From: Candidatus Eiseniibacteriota bacterium | GTDB lineage: Bacteria; Eisenbacteria; RBG-16-71-46; CAVPCR01 | Assembly (NCBI GenBank): GCA_963702435.1 | Contig: CAVPCR010000001.1 | Location: 128,001-192,000 of the forward strand | DNA: 64,000 nucleotides | Direction of reading: 5' to 3' | Shown here: positions 61,738 to 64,000 of the stretch, piece after piece | How positions within the stretch are numbered: the stretch's first letter is position 1 | How the letters are laid out: every line of letters starts with the position of its first letter | The notes under the pieces: model-generated | Seen by the model: the letters and a program-made list of their open reading frames with translations, nothing else | Database searches by the model: none | What the model was told of the DNA's origin: nothing | Program-made: the position numbers and the translations under genes

Positions 61738-63999
61738 TCACTCGGAGATCGTTGCCAGGATCGCCGCCGGCGAGAGCGCGCTCGCGCTCGCGACGAGCCC
61801 GTCGAGCTTCGCCTTCGGTATCGACGCCTTGAGCGCCTCGATCCGGGCGACGACGCCCGGGTCCATCGGGTGCGCGACGACGACGCCCGCGCGTTCCGAG
61901 AGCGCGTGCGCCGCCGCGGCGATCGCCACGGCGCGCTCCGTCCGCCCCGCGGCCGCCTCGACCGCCGCGAGCCCCAGCAACGCGAGCCCGGTCCCACGCG
62001 GGCTCCCGACCTCCTCGTAGACATGCACGGCGCGCCGGAAGGAGTCCACTGCCGCGCGCGGATCCCCGGCGGCGAGCGCGCTCCACCCCATCTCGCAGTG
62101 CACGCGTGCGATCTCCGGGTGGTCGCCGACCATCTCCAGCGCCGCGAGCGCCTGGCCGTAGATCTCCAGTGCGCGCGCCGGCTCTCCCTTGGCGAAGGTC
62201 ATCTGCGCCAGGAAGCTCGTCGCCACCCCGCCGCCCTCGTTGTCCTGCAGGCGCGCATGGATCGCGAGCGCTCGCTCGACGGACGCCATGCCGGCGTCGA
62301 GATCGCCGGTCACGAAGAGGAGCATGCCCTTGATCGAGAGGCTGATCGCGTGGATGAAATCGGAGACGCCGTTGGCGCTCCGCGCGATGGCCTCGTCGAG
62401 CGCCGCGCGCGCCTCCTCCATGCGGCCGAGGCTCAGGCTGCAGTAGCCGACACCCATGATGCCCTCGGCGGCGGCCGCGGCATCGCCCACGGCGAGGCCG
62501 TCCTCGTACCCCGCCTTCCACTCGCCGCGGCTCCGCTCCCACTCGCCGGTGACGGTCGAGACCATCCCGGCGGCGAGCCAGGCGAGCGCCCGACCGCGGC
62601 TCGGGGGCCGCTCGGCCGCGAGCGCGAGCAACGGATCGAGCAGGAGGCGCGCGGTGAGGTGGAGTCCGCAGATGTGCCAGTACCAGTCGAGGTGGCCGGC
62701 GAGGAGGAGCCCCTTCTCGAGCGCCGCGGCATCGCCGGCGCGCGCGTGCCCGAGGAGCCAGTGCAGTGCCGCGAGCGTGTTCGCATTCTCCTCGCGCCCG
62801 CGCCGCATGGCCTCGAGCTGCCCGGGTCCGCGCAGGTCGCCGGCCACGGTGGCAGCAAAGCCGACATAGTGATCGGCATGTGCGTCGCGCATGTCGTCGA
62901 CCTGGCCCGCCGCGTGGAGCTGCTCGGCCGCGAAGGCGCGGATCGTCTCGAGGAGCGCGTAGCGCTCCCCCGCACCCACGACCCGCACGAGGCCCTTCTC
63001 GACGAGCGAGTCGAGCGCATCGAGGGCGCGATGGCGCTCATCCGCTCCGTGGCACACCTCCTCCATGGCCTCGAGCGTGAAGCCGTCGTGGAAGACCGAC
63101 GTGCGGCAGAGGAGCCGCTGCTCCTCCGGGTCGAGAAGCGAGTAGCTCCAGCTGATCGTCGCGCGGAGCGTCCGCTGGCGGAGCGGGAGGTCGCGATCGC
63201 CCGAGGTCAGGAGGTCGAGCGCGTGGTCGAGCCGGGTGAGGAGCGCCGCCGGTTCCAGGATGCGGAGGCGGGCCGCCGCGAGCTCGATCGCGAGCGGCAG
63301 ACCGTCGAGGCGGCGGCAGATCTCGGCGACCGCCGCCGCGTTCGCGGCGGTGAGCGCGAAGCCGGGCTTCACCTTCTCGGCGCGCTGGAGGAGGAGCGTT
63401 ACCGACGGGCACGCGGCGAGCGCTGCGAGCGACGTCGTCTCCCCCGCCGGCAGCTCGAGCGGCGGCAGGGCGAACTCCGATTCGGCGCCGATCTTGAGCG
63501 GCGCGCGGCTCGTGGCGATCACCTGGAGCGCGGGACAGCGCGAGACGAGCGCGGCGATCTCCGGGGCGGCGGCGAGCACCTGTTCGAGATTGTCGAGCAC
63601 GAGCAGCACGGGGCGGTCGCCGATCACGGTCGCGAGGGCGTCGAGCGCCGAGCGGCCGTGGGCCTCGACGATGTCGAGCGCGATCGCGACCGCCGGCAGG
63701 ACCTCCGCCGCGGCGGTGATCGAGGCGAGCGAGACGAAGGCCGCGCCGCCCGGATACTCGGGCGCCAGGCGGCGATAGAGCTCGATCGCGAACCGCGTCT
63801 TCCCGGTGCCGCCGTAGCCGGTGATGGTGAGGAGGCGCGCGCCGCCCTGCAAGCGTGAGGCGGCGGCATCGAGCGTCGCCTCGCGTCCGAGGAGGGGGGT
63901 CGCGGGGCTCGGCGGCGGCTTCCCGATGATGCCGCCCTCCCGCGTCAACCGCACCCGCCGCAACGCGTGCCCCACATCGAGGGCGGTCTGGAAGCGCGC
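61738..63999 (-). CDS. P-loop ATPase-TPR protein, probably with N-terminal Ser/Thr kinase (5' end outside window)
   Basis: GYGGTGKT, LLVLDNLE, LDGLPLAIELAA, RQRTLRA; frame open to edge with kinase-tail-like ARFQTALDV. Confidence 0.85.
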   Translation of the reverse strand, partial: ARFQTALDVGHALRRVRLTREGGIIGKPPPSPATPLLGREATLDAAASRLQGGARLLTITGYGGTGKTRFAIELYRRLAPEYPGGAAFVSLASITAAAEVLPAVAIALDIVEAHGRSALDALATVIGDRPVLLVLDNLEQVLAAAPEIAALVSRCPALQVIATSRAPLKIGAESEFALPPLELPAGETTSLAALAACPSVTLLLQRAEKVKPGFALTAANAAAVAEICRRLDGLPLAIELAAARLRILEPAALLTRLDHALDLLTSGDRDLPLRQRTLRATISWSYSLLDPEEQRLLCRTSVFHDGFTLEAMEEVCHGADERHRALDALDSLVEKGLVRVVGAGERYALLETIRAFAAEQLHAAGQVDDMRDAHADHYVGFAATVAGDLRGPGQLEAMRRGREENANTLAALHWLLGHARAGDAAALEKGLLLAGHLDWYWHICGLHLTARLLLDPLLALAAERPPSRGRALAWLAAGMVSTVTGEWERSRGEWKAGYEDGLAVGDAAAAAEGIMGVGYCSLSLGRMEEARAALDEAIARSANGVSDFIHAISLSIKGMLLFVTGDLDAGMASVERALAIHARLQDNEGGGVATSFLAQMTFAKGEPARALEIYGQALAALEMVGDHPEIARVHCEMGWSALAAGDPRAAVDSFRRAVHVYEEVGSPRGTGLALLGLAAVEAAAGRTERAVAIAAAAHALSERAGVVVAHPMDPGVVARIEALKASIPKAKLDGLVASASALSPAAILATISE

Positions 64000-64000
64000 A

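Noticed and set aside
1..64000. tRNA or rRNA genes
   Set aside because: None recognised by eye; tRNAscan-SE and barrnap would be decisive

Overview
GC-rich bacterial DNA with three zones. The several secreted proteins ending in a FlgD-Ig-like sorting domain suggest an FCB-related lineage (inference). (1) 1-18.2 kb is core-like: saccharopine/lysine dehydrogenase, PKD-repeat surface protein, OBG/DRG GTPase, MFS and OPT transporters, two secreted metallopeptidases, a MerR regulator, and an archaeal-type HMG-CoA synthase/thiolase/DUF35 operon. (2) ~18.6-59.2 kb is a minus-strand integron-type gene-cassette array of about 17 cassettes. It is delimited by attC sites whose R''/R' boxes match cassette by cassette, and no intI is visible. 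It carries TIR, TIR-SLOG, PD-(D/E)xK nuclease, HD/HATPase+ACP, pRiA4b and DUF6855-like cassettes, a ~9.5 kb cassette with an Rhs toxin and a possible beta-pore-forming partner, and seven related ~300 bp ORF-less cassettes sharing a GC hairpin. Four group II introns sit inside attC sites: three IIB-type copies in L'', whose candidate EBS1 covaries with the target, and one IIC intron in R'. Many IS elements (IS481 x2, IS21, IS1380, IS256, ISL3, ISAzo13, IS630) are also present. (3) 59.6-64 kb holds a NusG/RfaH-UpxY paralog at the head of the array where intI normally lies, then a DinB-VOC protein and a kinase-ATPase-TPR protein. Numerous single-base frameshifts probably include sequencing errors.
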